A DNA stretch of 64,000 bases from Octopus sinensis (Eukaryota). The DNA lies in assembly GCF_006345805.1 (NCBI RefSeq), contig NC_043020.1, forward strand, positions 3,286,001 to 3,350,000. The letters run 5' to 3'. The translations under genes were made by a program, and so were the position numbers. Positions 51,305 to 63,760 of this stretch are shown here, in pieces. The stretch's first letter is position 1, and every line of letters begins with the position of its first letter. The notes beneath the pieces are model-generated. The model saw only the letters and a program-made list of their open reading frames with translations, ran no database searches and was not told the DNA's origin.

Positions 51305-51467
51305 TATATATATGTGTGTGTGTGTGTGTGTGTGGTGTGTGTGTGTGTGTAGATATAGACAGACAGACATATAGATATAAATTTTGCTAATTCTCAGAAC
51401 ATTATACACTATGAATTACTACAAGAGCTGTATTTTGCTGAGCAGACAAAGTCTTTATACTTTTTAA

Positions 51468-51675
51468 TAAAATCGCCATTGGCTTCAACCACGCCCTGCA
51501 GACGACTTCAGAATCTCCTGCAATTCTTCCGGACAGTCTCCTTGTTTAAGTTGGTGAATGCTGCCATAATCCTTGCCTTCAGTTCAACTTTGATGTTACA
51601 AGTTTTGTTGGTCTCTTGCTCAACTGCACCCCACACATAATAATCAAGGGGGTTGCAGTGTAGGGAGTTAGGGGT
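51468..51675 (-). pseudogene. Tc1/mariner-superfamily (maT/DD37D-like) transposase C-terminal fragment
   Basis: Minus strand: PNSLHCNPLDYYVWGAVEQETNKT...ELKARIMAAFTNLNKETVRKNCRRF*SRLQGVVEANGDFI. Confidence 0.8.
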
Positions 51676-51753
51676 GACATGGTCACAGAAATTGTTTGAC
51701 AGTGAGACTGTGGTTAGTAAGCAAAGTTCTTACCACACAACAATGTTGCACCT

Positions 51754-51796
<43 letters not shown>

Positions 51797-52536
51797 TATA
51801 TACATACATATACACACACACTATGGACTCTCCCATTGTTAGATGACATCTGAGGGTTCAGCAATTTCTGCCGGACAACCACACAGGGGATTTGTTTTTA
51901 GTGATCAAATGTTTGTGTAGACATAAACTCCCTCCCTCCATCAAATCAACATTACCTGTACAGGTGCAGTGGGTGCCACATGTCAGAGACAAAATGATCC
52001 CAGAGCAACATGAAAGGAAGTGCTTTGCTCAGTGCATCGCCCTGTCTGGGAATTGAACCCACAATCTCTCAATCACGAGTGCAACATCCTAACGACTAAG
52101 CCACCCCTCCCACCGTATATATATATATATATATATATATAATATGTAAAAGTAAGATCCAAGGATCAAAGTGTAGGAAGTTAGTAAGCTTCAAGAAGTC
52201 CATAGAAGGTATAAAAAACAACTTTCAGGAACAAAAGTGGTTTAGTGGTGTAGAAGGTTGTAGATTTTTCCCATATCAAAGTTTGATAAACTGTGAGTTA
52301 ACTCAGGATCCCCTGACAACAATGTAGCCTTCATTTAACTAAGGTGCCTTCAGCCTGATGAGTAGCTAGTGGAGTACTCCTCATTGAGTAGTTACTACTT
52401 CCGAGGTTCTGCCAGCTGAGTAAGATATGTAACTTGGATTTTACCTGTTCCATTCCCTAAATTTGGATATATAGTTAATCCAAAAAAAAAAACAAAGAAA
52501 AACACAAGAAAAAGCATATATATATATATATATATA

Positions 52537-52920
52537 CTAGCAGTATCGCCTGGCGTTGCTCGGGTTTGTAAGGGAAATAACTATAAAGCATTTTTAGAGA
52601 GTTATAGCCAAAAAATAGCAAAAAAATGGGAAAAAAATGATGGTAATTTTTTTTTAGAGTAAAAAAGGTCGAGTTGCGTCCCCTAGACAGTTTTTGGTTT
52701 GTGTTTCTGATTCTCGACCCCATGTCGAATTTATCGATTTTTTTTCAGAACTGGGGGAACTTTTCAAAATTTTCGCTGTGTTAGTTTTGAATTATGACAT
52801 TGGGCTATGTGTGTGTCAAGTTTCATCAGAATCGGTTGAAAGCCGTGGTCAGGGTGAGGGTACAACCAAACAGACACACAGAAACACACACAGATAAGCT
52901 GCTGTTTATATAGAGAGAGA
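52537..52920 (-). mobile_element. Non-autonomous Helitron-type element (third interior)
   Basis: Minus strand reads a|TCTCTCTCTATATAAA ... aaacccgagcaacgccaggcgatactgCTAG|t; same 3' end as 50867-51304. Confidence 0.7.
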
Positions 52921-54813
52921 TAAACAATTGCAGCGTGGAAGGTGTTTATAAGCCATTTAAGAAACACACAAAACCGTTAGATTCACTTCAACATTTAAAT
53001 TTAATTTGTCAAAATATTTTCGTCGATTTGAAACCGCGACCTGTTCACTGACAAAGCTTCGTGCTGCATATATCATCATCATCATCATCGTTTAACGTCT
53101 GTTCTGCATGCTAGCATGGGTTGGACGGTTCAACCGGGGTCTGGGAAGCCAGAAGGCTACACCAGGCTCCAGTCTGATCTGGCAGTGTTTCTACAGCTGG
53201 ATGTCCTTCCTAACACCATACCCTTCCTAACGCCACCATATATATATAAATATATATATATATAATTCATGTAATATTACATCTGATGATGTAAGGTAAT
53301 ATGTGCATACAGTTAGTGCTCAGGGTGACTTGCTGTCTCCAACTCCTGACACTGAAAGCATGGATGGTATAGGTGCCCAATAACAATTGACTATAAACAG
53401 GTTTTCAATTAATTTGGTACGTGTATAATAGAATAAAAATATAAACAGAGGAACAACTCGTATCAGGTTAGATTATATCTATATATATATATATTATTTA
53501 CGAGTATAGATCAGAAGGAGGAAGGAAGTAATAAGGTGTGTGCAGGTAGTCTCTTACATCTGTTTCAAGAATAGATGTGCAGATGGTGCATTTCCATGAA
53601 AGCAAATGGCAGCCAATCTTATGGTAGCAATCCATTCCATCATCAGAGGGAGAATGAGGTATAGCCTTAGTAGAGAGCTTTGGTCTACCACTAGTGTCAG
53701 GTATGGAAGAAAGTTTGAAAGAAGAGAGGCAGAGATAATAAGGTGATAATAATTATTATGATCTTGCTTTCTACCAATGCTCTACCTAATTCTCATAAAC
53801 ATATATATGTGTATGTGTGTGTACACACACACATACAGATATAGATAGATAGATAAATTTATATATATATATAGTACAAAGTAAGATAGGGGTTATGGGT
53901 GTAACCCACTATGGGATAGCATTTATCTAATATACTGTTGGTAAAGTACCCAAATTCTTAATGCATAAATGTTTTAAATTGCAATGCAATTAACTCATTT
54001 AATGTATTAAACGGGTGAAGGTAAAGAAATATTTTTACCATAAATTTATAATAAACAAATAATCCAACATTATTATATCCGAAAGTTGATGAACAAACTA
54101 AATTTGTTTCTCCATTTGCTTATTTGTAAGATGAATAGATAGATATATGGATGGGCATTTCTCCAAAGAAATTACTTTCGAAAGACTGTTCTTGCTGCCA
54201 TTACCCTTATCAACAAGCTGTCTTTGAAGATATGTGAAAAAAGGAATCTTTTCCTTGAAAATTAAAAGTTATCTATTTAACGATGCTTCAGTAATATATT
54301 CCGTGATTAAGTAATATGTATGTATATATATATATATATATATGCTAACTTATGTTAGTATAGAAAACACATATAAAGTGAAGCAACATATATATATACA
54401 TGAGTGAAGATACACACACACACACACAGTCATACACAGATAGGCATATATACATGAGTGAAGATATACATACATACACACACACAGTCATACACAGATA
54501 GGCATATATACATGTGTGAATGTATGTGTGTAGATGTGTGTTTGCATATCTACAAATGCAAAATAAGGTTCCTATACGTTGGTGTCCCCCTTCTGTCATC
54601 TTTCTCTTTCTTTCATGTCTTGCTTTAATAAACCCCTACTCACCCCTATTTTCTCCCTACCCTCTCCCACACCAAAGCCGACCTTCTTTGGGACAGAAAA
54701 AAAAAAACGAAGTCTATATAAATAAATCTGTAAAATTCCTTTCCCTCCGACTCCTATCCCGTCCCCTTCCAAGCTTACGAGCACAGGTGTACTGAAGGCC
54801 GTTTATACCTTAG

Positions 54814-54987
54814 GTGATAAGAGCAGTTCGGAAAATAGAACACAGCAAGAAACGCCTCCGTACATTGATTGATCAGTTATTGGCTGCTGTTCTGGATACA
54901 GATCCACAGTTGCTTGAGGGATTACCACGGATACAGCAAGGACCGAGTGTGAGTGTCGCCACCCTGAGGACGCTAAGCAGTGAAGAG
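54814..54987 (+). CDS. ERC1: ERC/ELKS long-isoform exon (VIRAVRKIEHSKKRLRTLIDQLLAAVLDTDPQLLEGL...LSSEE), 174 nt, phase 0-0
   Basis: tttataccttag acceptor, GAG|gtaagc donor; aligns by eye to the ERC1 long form IIQPLLELDQNRSKLKLYIGHLTTLCHDRDPLILRGL. Confidence 0.88.
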
Positions 54988-55494
54988 GTAAGCAACGTCG
55001 TGCAAGGTATTACTGTTTTGTCAATTGTTTGATGTTGTTGTTGGTGTTGTTGTTGTTGTTTGGCTGCCAGGTTAATCCTCATCGAGTAGACCTATAATCA
55101 AAGGCGTTCCAATCATGGCCATCCCATCTTTTTAGGGAGTACACAGGATTACATTAGCCAATGTCTCCTCTGCTTTCTGGAAGATGGTAGGGTAAGATTG
55201 GAAGATGGTTTGGCAGCTATTTCTAGCAGACTCGATGACCACATCAAGGATCCTTTGTTGGCTTGTAGTTATTTCTGATGTGATTCTTGCTGTTGTTCTT
55301 GTTGTTGTTGCTGGTGTTGTTTTTGATGTTACTTACTCCTACTATTTAACCCAGGAAACATTCTTGTTGACCATCTGTTGCTATTGTTGTTGTTGCTGGT
55401 GTTGTTGATATTGTTGTTGTTCAGACTCAGATCAAACTTAATCAAGTAGACTTTATAAATCAAAGTCATTCCAGCCATGACCATTCCATCTTTT

Positions 55495-56710
55495 CCATTA
55501 GTGCTAACCCAGACAGTCTTCTTTCTCCTGTAGCATTTCTTTGGTATGTTTTAATTCTACTTAAGGCAGAAAAGGATCGCTCTACAGAAGCAGTGGTCGA
55601 CGGAATTGTCAAAAGCAACTTGCACAGATTGAAGAGTTCTGGCAAAGCTTCAACAAGATCAGTGCTGTTAATGTAACTCATTAAATGACTTACACTTGGT
55701 TTTTAAAAATCTTTCATTGAATACATCACATTGAGCTCACTTTGTAATCGTATTACATAAAAAAATCTGCCATAAGTTGTTCTTAAAGAATCTAAAAAGT
55801 CCACAGGAAATTGTTTGCAATACTCAAGAACTTTGTTGAAATTCGAAAGTTCCATCTTCTAAGGATGACTATCGTGCTTTATTTGGTCAACTATTGTACT
55901 GATGATTTTGTTATAAAGCATTCTATAATATCGTTGGGGATCAATAGATATATTCTTGGATCTCTGAATTCCGATTCCTGCATCGACTCCATATTTTCCC
56001 CCTAACCTATCATAAAAGATTGAAAAATTATCAAGTTTGTTTTCGAGTACAGTTCTACTTTTATCTATGTTGTATGCTTTGATTTTTACGTGCATCTAAT
56101 TGTAAAGTTTATGCGAACCTTCCCGAATATTTTAAGATCTATCAAACATTTTATATGTCTTTGAGAACTGACGTGCTTTAGCATAGCCATATGGAAATTA
56201 TTTAAATCATCCTAGCCTTTATCATTCCAAACATTCTTTTCTAAGCCAAAAAGTAAACAGGGCCAACAGAATAATTTATAAAGAGCAACACTTCCAGTTA
56301 ACCATTTCTTCTTTTCATACGAATTAACCTGAAATTGTCTCGTGAATTTATTGTAGCTTCGCAAATTAGGTAAATTCGGTGTTGGTCTCCCACCGCTTAT
56401 AATTAATTATTTTCCATCGAAGTCTCTTTTCGAAAAACTATTTCTCAAAATATCGTTTATAACACATTTCACTCATTTCGAAAAAGGCTGCTCTTATATA
56501 AGAACCCACGTGGAAGCGCCGGCATAAATTGTAAGTCAATTTCAACAAAACAGAAAAATAACCTTAGCTAAATTAATTTACGATTAATTAGCTATTTCCA
56601 AAATAAGAAATATAATATAGATTATAATTTTGTTTTCAAAACACTCCAAAAATATATTAGTGCAAACAGATGTTTTGGATAAAATAAATTCGAACTTACC
56701 GCCATGTTAT
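55495..56710 (-). pseudogene. Internally deleted hAT transposase relic (TTF-type zinc finger plus hAT dimerisation domain)
   Basis: Minus strand: TRQFQVNSYEKKKWLTGSVALYKLFCWPCLLF...VW...G*DDLNN...KHVSSQRH (ZnF_TTF-like, with stops) and LPELFNLCKLLLTIPSTTASVERSFSALSRIKTYQRNATGERRLSGLAL (hAT C-terminus). Confidence 0.88.
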
Positions 56711-58904
56711 TCCAACATTTCAGCTGGCAAACTCAAGAATTATGGGACTGCTCTTGTTCCACACTAACAAATAGACAGAGAGGGGTGTCATGCGGTCTTC
56801 TCAAAGCATGACAGATCTTTTCGCTTTGACCGGAAGATTTTTTAAATAATTTCTTTGTAACTAAACACTTTTAAACTTTGTATACTGTTTATAAAACATC
56901 TTTTTCTCTTGGCTTTCTTGAGAAAATTCTGTAGTTTGTAAGATATTTGGTCTTTAATTTCTTAATTTTCGGCAATTTCAACCAATCAATGACGTCTATT
57001 GAGGTGAAAACAATATCTGCCGAAGTCTGTCAACATCAATTTTTTACGGTGTCATATGAAAATATCCCTGCTATTTATGAGAAAAAAGATACCCTATGGC
57101 CATAAACTGAGGGGTCACTCGTAAACAGAGCTGGATAATAAAACCGTTCCCTCTTTAGTGTCCACCCATAATTATGACCCTGGTATCGATCTATTGCATT
57201 TCAATCTGTGTTAGGGTTAGGGGTGGGGGGAAGGGTATCTTTTTTTCTTCAGAAATGTAAATAAACCCAATCTGTTTCTTAAACGGTAAGCTTCTTACCA
57301 CACAGTCACTCCATGTACAGTGATTAAAACAAGTTGAGCGATCGCACACATGCACCAGATGTAAAGATGAATTATATTATTTAAAAGTCATATGAAAACT
57401 CAGATTATTAAACCATTTTGATTTTAAGCATTTGTATGATGAGTTTATGTAGTCAACATTGGGTTATAATATGGAGGAAGCCTTTCTGAAATTGTTTGAA
57501 ACAGGCAATAGTTTAATGCCCTGGGGCATTAATACAACTTTCAAGTATTTGTTTCTGTATGTTTGTGTGTGTGTGTGTGTATGTATGTATGCCATGATAG
57601 ATCGTTAGCCACTACACACATTTTTTTCTCTCCTTGTTTTTTTTTTTCTGTGTCCCTTTTTGTAGAAGAGTGTAGGCTCGAAACGTAAAAGACTTTTTCT
57701 ATTCCTGAGCGTTATACTAATACATCTGTTTGTTTTGTACACCACCTGTCTTCGTCTTTTGTTTTTTTTGTAAACTCTCCCTATGTATGTATGCATTTAT
57801 GTATGTATGTATGTATGTATGTATGTATGTATGTATGTATGTATGTATGTATGTATGCTTGTGTGTATAGAAGTAGAGAGAGAGCTGATGTTAACTCCAC
57901 TCCTGGCTGCACTAGCTGTACTTCTCGCTTCTTAGTAAATCATTTTTATGCAGGCTTGTAAATGTGATGCTACATGCTACATCTGGAATGAAAATAACAC
58001 TGTACTATTGTTGTTGTTGTTTTTTTTGTTTACTTCTAGTAGGATTTTTTTTATTTTATTAAAAAAAATTCTTTTAGCCTCTTCTTCGTACTCACAAATC
58101 AATCAAGCTGAGCTTGTCTTAGATTAAATGCAGTTTATTTCAAAAGGTATGGCTTCTCAATCCGCAAATGGCATTCATATGACTAGATAGAGCTTGTGGC
58201 ATTATTCCAGTTTATGATTTTATAATCTTCAGGATTTATTGGAATCTGTTTCTAAACATTTATTTTAAAACATATTTTATTTATTTTCTTGTTTTGTTGA
58301 TTGATGTTGTTGTTTTACCCAAGGTGGCTCTGATCTAACAGGCCTACGATCAAAGATGTTCCAGACATGACATATGCCAACCATTTTGTATATTTAGGTC
58401 TACATCATCTAAATAAGATGGTATATTGTTAGTCTCTCCTTCACATTAAGGGCAGCAATACCCAGGTTTGCAGCCAAAGCTACAAGGTTGGAATTGGACC
58501 TTGCATGTTGTCCCTGAAATGTTGATATCTGAACTACATAGGGTTGGGAACCAAACTGCTTACCACACAACCAGGTCCACACCTTGTTTTGGATTTTTAA
58601 AATCATCATCATCATCATCATCAAAGTCATGGCTTCATCTACTTCAAATTCTATAGATAAAGATGAGTTATATTGTTGATCCTTAAACATGTTCCAGTCA
58701 TTAGACTGTGGCCATACTGGGGCACTGCCTTGAAGAAATTTTAGCCGAATGAATCAACCACAGTACTTTTTTGTTTTTGAAGTCTGACACTTATTATATC
58801 AGGCCCCTTTGCCAAACCTCTAAGTTACAGGGACATAACCATACCAACACCAGTGGTCAAGCAGTGGTGATGGGAGAAGCACAGACACAAAGACACACAC
58901 ACAC

Positions 58905-58937
<33 letters not shown>

Positions 58938-59380
58938 CGACAGGCCTCATTCAGTTTCCGTCTTCCAAATCCACTCACAAGGCTTTGGTCGACCCGAGGC
59001 TATAGCAGAAGACACTTGCCCAAGGTGCCGTGCAGTGGGACTGATCCTGAAACCATGTGGTTGGGAAGAAAGCCTCTCACCACACAGCCACACCTGTGCT
59101 TCACTTCACCAAAAGATTGTAAATCTTTTGGGAAATTTTTAGACCAAGAAAAGACTACCCATGATTGGTATTTGTTAATTGCATGGAAAAATGATTATTG
59201 CAAAGATTAAATTAATTTAATTGACATTGGGTTTTTGCACCACAATTATAAAGTTATAAAAGAAAAAAATTGATTTTTTTTAGGGGTGGGGGAATAAAAT
59301 GGTCAATTCTGCTGCCAGTTTTGCAGCAAGAAATTCAGGTTCCAAGGAATCTAATTCTTGGTTCGTATCAATGAAAGTAA

Positions 59381-59382
<2 letters not shown>

Positions 59383-59442
<60 letters not shown>

Positions 59443-59454
59443 TGTGTGTGTGTG
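59383..59454. repeat. (TG)n microsatellite
   Basis: Direct observation. Confidence 0.95.
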
Positions 59455-59622
59455 CACATACATGTGCATGTGTGTGTTATAAAAATATAAACCAATGAAA
59501 AATGATTATTATATATGAATTGAATATAATGTATAGTCATGTATTGTATTACCTCATTGCATAAATTATATTGTATATCGTATAAACCTGTTTCTTTTCT
59601 CTTAAGTATTTATGGTTTTATA

Positions 59623-60534
59623 TGAGGGGGTATCCAAAAGAAGCCGGAATATTGCAATATTATTTTATTCCCTTAGTTTTACATATTTTTACACTTTTAT
59701 CCCCTTCAAAGTATTCTCCATTTGAAGTAAGGCATCAGTCCAGACACGTTTTCCAGTATTCAAAGCAGTGCCGGAACTCTTGCGAGGTAATGCCTTTTAA
59801 CATCGGCAAATTCCATAGCACCAGCTTTCGTCACCAGGGGTTGCCTTCAAAATTGGTTCAGATCAACTTCCAACTGTTCTTTCACTTCACGAAATGCATT
59901 CAACCATGACTGCTTTTGGTTTTTTGTGTGCAAGTGAGGCATAAATTTTATTGCAACTCTCTTCATGTGTTATTCTTCTCATAAAATTCGTTGGCAGAAG
60001 CTCCAGGACTCACCAGTCATATCAACAAGTTCGTCAATTGTTTGGTGACAGTCTGTCAAGATCAATTCATGAATTTTCATTCATTTGGCAAGCTGATGGT
60101 TGACCTGAATGGTTGACCTGAATGATTGACCTGATGGTTGATGGTTGTCTTGAATGTGGTTGGGCCTCAAGCCACAAGTGACCATCCCCAAAGCATGGAA
60201 ACCACTTGTAAACTTGTGTTTTGCTCATGGCAGCATCGAGTAAGGTGTTTGAAGCATGACAACTGTTTCAGCCACTGTTTTTCCTCAGCAGAAAACAGAA
60301 TTTCACGGAAGCATGCTGTTCCTTTGTTTTCAGCCATCGCAGAAATTGATGAAGAGGGGAGAAGCACTGCAAAGCAAAGACGCACCATGTGGCACAGTAG
60401 GGCTACAATCAACACCCCTGGTTGGCAGACTAATGCTTGAGTGTCACATTAAGTGACCTCTAGTGACAGAAACCTGAACTACAACGGGCTTGTTTCACAG
60501 AGAATGTTTCCGGTTACTTTTCGGTACCCCCTCA
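59623..60534 (-). mobile_element. Internally deleted mariner element with both TIRs
   Basis: TA-flanked TIRs tgagggggtatccaaaagaagccggaa / ttccggttacttttcggtaccccctca; frameshifted EQHASVKFCFLL..AETVVMLQ..AMSKTQVYKWF N-terminus and SNGEYFEGD* C-terminus. Confidence 0.88.
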
Positions 60535-62653
60535 TATATCCCTTACAATTTGTATAAATGTATTTGTGTTGAGTATCTATTGGTAAATTACTTTGTACTA
60601 ATTGCTGTCTGGTCTGTGGATGTATTAATAATAACAATAACAATAATACAGGTGCATTTTGTTTCACTAACTTAAGGTAAGGTGTTGACTAAAAAAATCT
60701 TCAAGCCAGTTGGCTTTTTTTTTGTATTTCCTTGGCTTTTGTTGTATTTTAACTGCTGGATTGAAAGTCATGTCAATGAACAAATATATTTCTCTAACAA
60801 ATGAAGCAACCCTATCTTTTCTATCTTTTTTTTTTTTGCTTTTATCCCATTATACACACACACAAACAAACACAAATGCACCTGTGATTAGATGAACATT
60901 TTGAAAGATTTTTCTAGGCACAGGTGTTGCTGTGTGGTAAAGAGCTTACTTCCCAACCACATTGTTCTGGGTTCAGTCCCACTGCATGGCAATATGGCAC
61001 CTTCTGCTATATCCTCAGGCCATCCAAAGCCTGTATATATATAGTCAATAATAATAAGGGTAAAATGAATTAATTAGTAATTAATAATTTTACCAAGCAG
61101 TGTTCAGTATGTAAAAGGACCATTTACGGTATATTTAAACATTACTTTATATAATTAGGGTTCAGCAAAAAAATTTACTTTACCACACACCGAACTTTTA
61201 GAAATAGCAGCCAAAGAATTTAGCTATTTCCTCTACTATAAGAAGAGTCTCCCAGACAATGTATATATAGACGAACCAGAAGGCTTTGTAAGGTTAGCTC
61301 ATCATTATTAAGTCTGCCAGCAATGAAGAAATACAACCCTTCCAACTGGCCCCTACACAGTGGCTATCAACCCAGTTGATTACTTTAGTTTCTTTGTCAA
61401 AGCTCTTTCGTCACACATCTTGTGACCTCTTGTTGTATTTAGATAGAGATACAAACCACAAAAAGACAAAATGGGATAAGCAAAACAAGAGGAGACACAT
61501 GGGACAGAGAGTTGCTGAAGAGGTCACAGAGTGTGTGAAGAAAGAGCTTTGACAAAGAAACTAAAAAAATAATAAAGCTGAAGTGAAGACCAAATATAGA
61601 GTGCATGGGTTTAATTAGCAAAATATGACCATCCCCAAGTATAAGAATATCTTATAGATTGCTGTTTAATCATTTTTTTCCTCATTAATCAGTTTCTGGA
61701 CTCATTAATGAGAAATAAAAAAATAGACATCAATAGATTAAGTCGTTTGTCCAGTTAAGCATAAATAGAATTTTTATTTTTTATTTTTGTGTTTGTGTTT
61801 TTTAATTGTTAGTATCAGTTGAATTTCCCCATTTAAAATACCAGTCTACCCTCTCTCAGTTTAATCAATTATTGTAACCATAGCAACAGCAGAGAAGTGC
61901 TTTTATAGCCTGGTTCACTATTTTTCTTGTCAGTAAATATAATGGCCGTCTTACATTTAAACAGGTTGCATGTAAAAATGCAAGTATAACAGTAAATGTA
62001 AGTCAGAATACTAGTTTAAGTGTTGAAAAAATTTGTAGAATTCTTCTTGTGCTGAGAGTTCTGTAAAATTAGCACCACTGTAGAAACATTTCAAATATAC
62101 TTTTATTTGTGGTATTTTTATAATTCACATGGAATAAAATTTTTGAACAGCTGTGAGGTAGTAACAATTTGATTTCAGAAGATTCTGAGAAACAAATCAG
62201 CAAAATTTTTTCATAGCATACAGCAAATGGAATTGTAAATTCTTACACAAAGTAGCTAAACTTTGTTGGTGAGTATTAAGACCCTCCAGCCTTCATCAGG
62301 TGTCTTGGGGAAATTTTGAACCTGGGTTCTCATTCTTAAGGTATTTTTCGATGTTATTATTATTATTATTATTTTTTTCCTTCTTTCTTCAAATTTTCTT
62401 CCGTTTCTCGCCAAATGTTTTTCCATACACCTAGGGCTCATTGTATGCATTCCCAGATTACACATGCAAATTCACATGTACAATATGTATTTAAAAAATT
62501 AATAAATAAATAAATTCATGAATGGATGTTGTTTTCACAGCGATAATGCTCTTCTCAGTACATGAGCTGTTCCAGTTAACACAATTTTTTGCACTTCCTG
62601 TAGAGATGGTAAACCTGGTATCATTTTCCGAGTTCAATTCCAGGCAGTGACCG

Positions 62654-62695
<42 letters not shown>

Positions 62696-62951
62696 CATCT
62701 GTCAAATGTAAATAATGTACATAATTCCTCATCTCTTAAATAAAGAACTGTATTCATAGTCCTAATGTTTACTTAATTTTAAAAAAATTTATTCATGTTC
62801 AATCCCTGACGCGGTAAGTTTCCATTAAAGGTTAGTCACAAGATTTTTTTATACACTTTTATGTTGTTTCCTGTCTCGGATATTTTCTATTTTTTCTTTT
62901 CTTTTTTGTGGTCTTTTTCATTGTTTTTTCTTTTTTCTCTTGTCATTACAG

Positions 62952-63110
62952 GTTCGACTGGAACTGCATAAAAGTGACCGAGACTGCCAGAAATTACAAG
63001 ATTATGCCAATATCTTACTACAGAGGGTCGGAGCTTCCTACCCAGAATTATTAGACAATTTTGTTTCCATGATGGAATCATCTGATACGGAGAGTTGTCA
63101 AAGCACGTGA
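62952..63110 (+). CDS. ERC1: ERC/ELKS long-isoform last coding exon (VRLELHKSDRDCQKLQDYANILLQRVGASYPELLDNFVSMMESSDTESCQST*)
   Basis: Long T/C tract and cag acceptor; aligns to the ERC1 C-terminal FIP-RBD-like LQDELEKGERDNAELQEFANAILQQIADHCPDILE. Not in the ORF track. Confidence 0.9.
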   Translation, partial: VRLELHKSDRDCQKLQDYANILLQRVGASYPELLDNFVSMMESSDTESCQST

Positions 63111-63474
63111 CACATGCAGGCACACACACATGCACACGTACAAATACGGGCATGCACATACACACAAATACACACCCACAGACCTCTCACAGCCCTCCCC
63201 CTCCACACAGTTATTATTATCATCATATAGTGTGATCGCCGGGGAAGGGGATGCTCTCCATCTCTGTTCTTCTCCCTCTCCCCTCTCTCTCTCTCTTTCT
63301 CTCCCTCCCTCATCTGTTGAGATGGGTCCTGCATTCACATTTTAATACATCTTTCTTTTTTCTTTACATTGAAGCTGAGTATATATATGTTTGAAAGTAT
63401 GTATATATGTATATTTACATTTATATGTGTGTGTGTATATATATATATATATGTATGTATGTATGAATGTATGC

Positions 63475-63700
63475 GGAGCTTTCAACTGGTAGCACCCGTA
63501 TGTACAAATTGTTTGCGAAACATCTAAGTATAGATGGGTTTTTTTCTCTCCTTGTTTTTTCTGTGTCCCTTTCTGTAGAAGAGCGTAGGCTCGAAACGTA
63601 AAAGTCTTTTTCTATTCCTGAGCGTTATTCTAATACATCTGTTTGTTTGTTACACTACCTGTCTTTGTCTTTTGTTTTTTTCGTAACCTCTCCCTATATA
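63475..63700 (+). repeat. Penelope-type terminal-repeat fragment; second copy at ~57595-57785
   Basis: Two closely similar copies, bounded by TA/TATG microsatellites, containing a hammerhead-like motif (see findings). Confidence 0.55.
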
Positions 63701-63728
63701 TATATATGTGTGTGTGTGTGTTTAAATA

Positions 63729-63760
<32 letters not shown>

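Noticed and set aside
52330-52420. CTGATGA followed by a gtag...ctac stem
   Set aside because: No GAAA box after the stem, so a hammerhead core cannot be completed.
54772-54795. Upstream AGs (54773, 54786) after a strong pyrimidine tract
   Set aside because: Both lead to early stops; homology and an in-frame TAG fix the coding acceptor at 54813. Minor use cannot be excluded.
57210-57230. TTAGGGTTAGGG telomere-like motif
   Set aside because: Only two units, embedded in an interspersed repeat.
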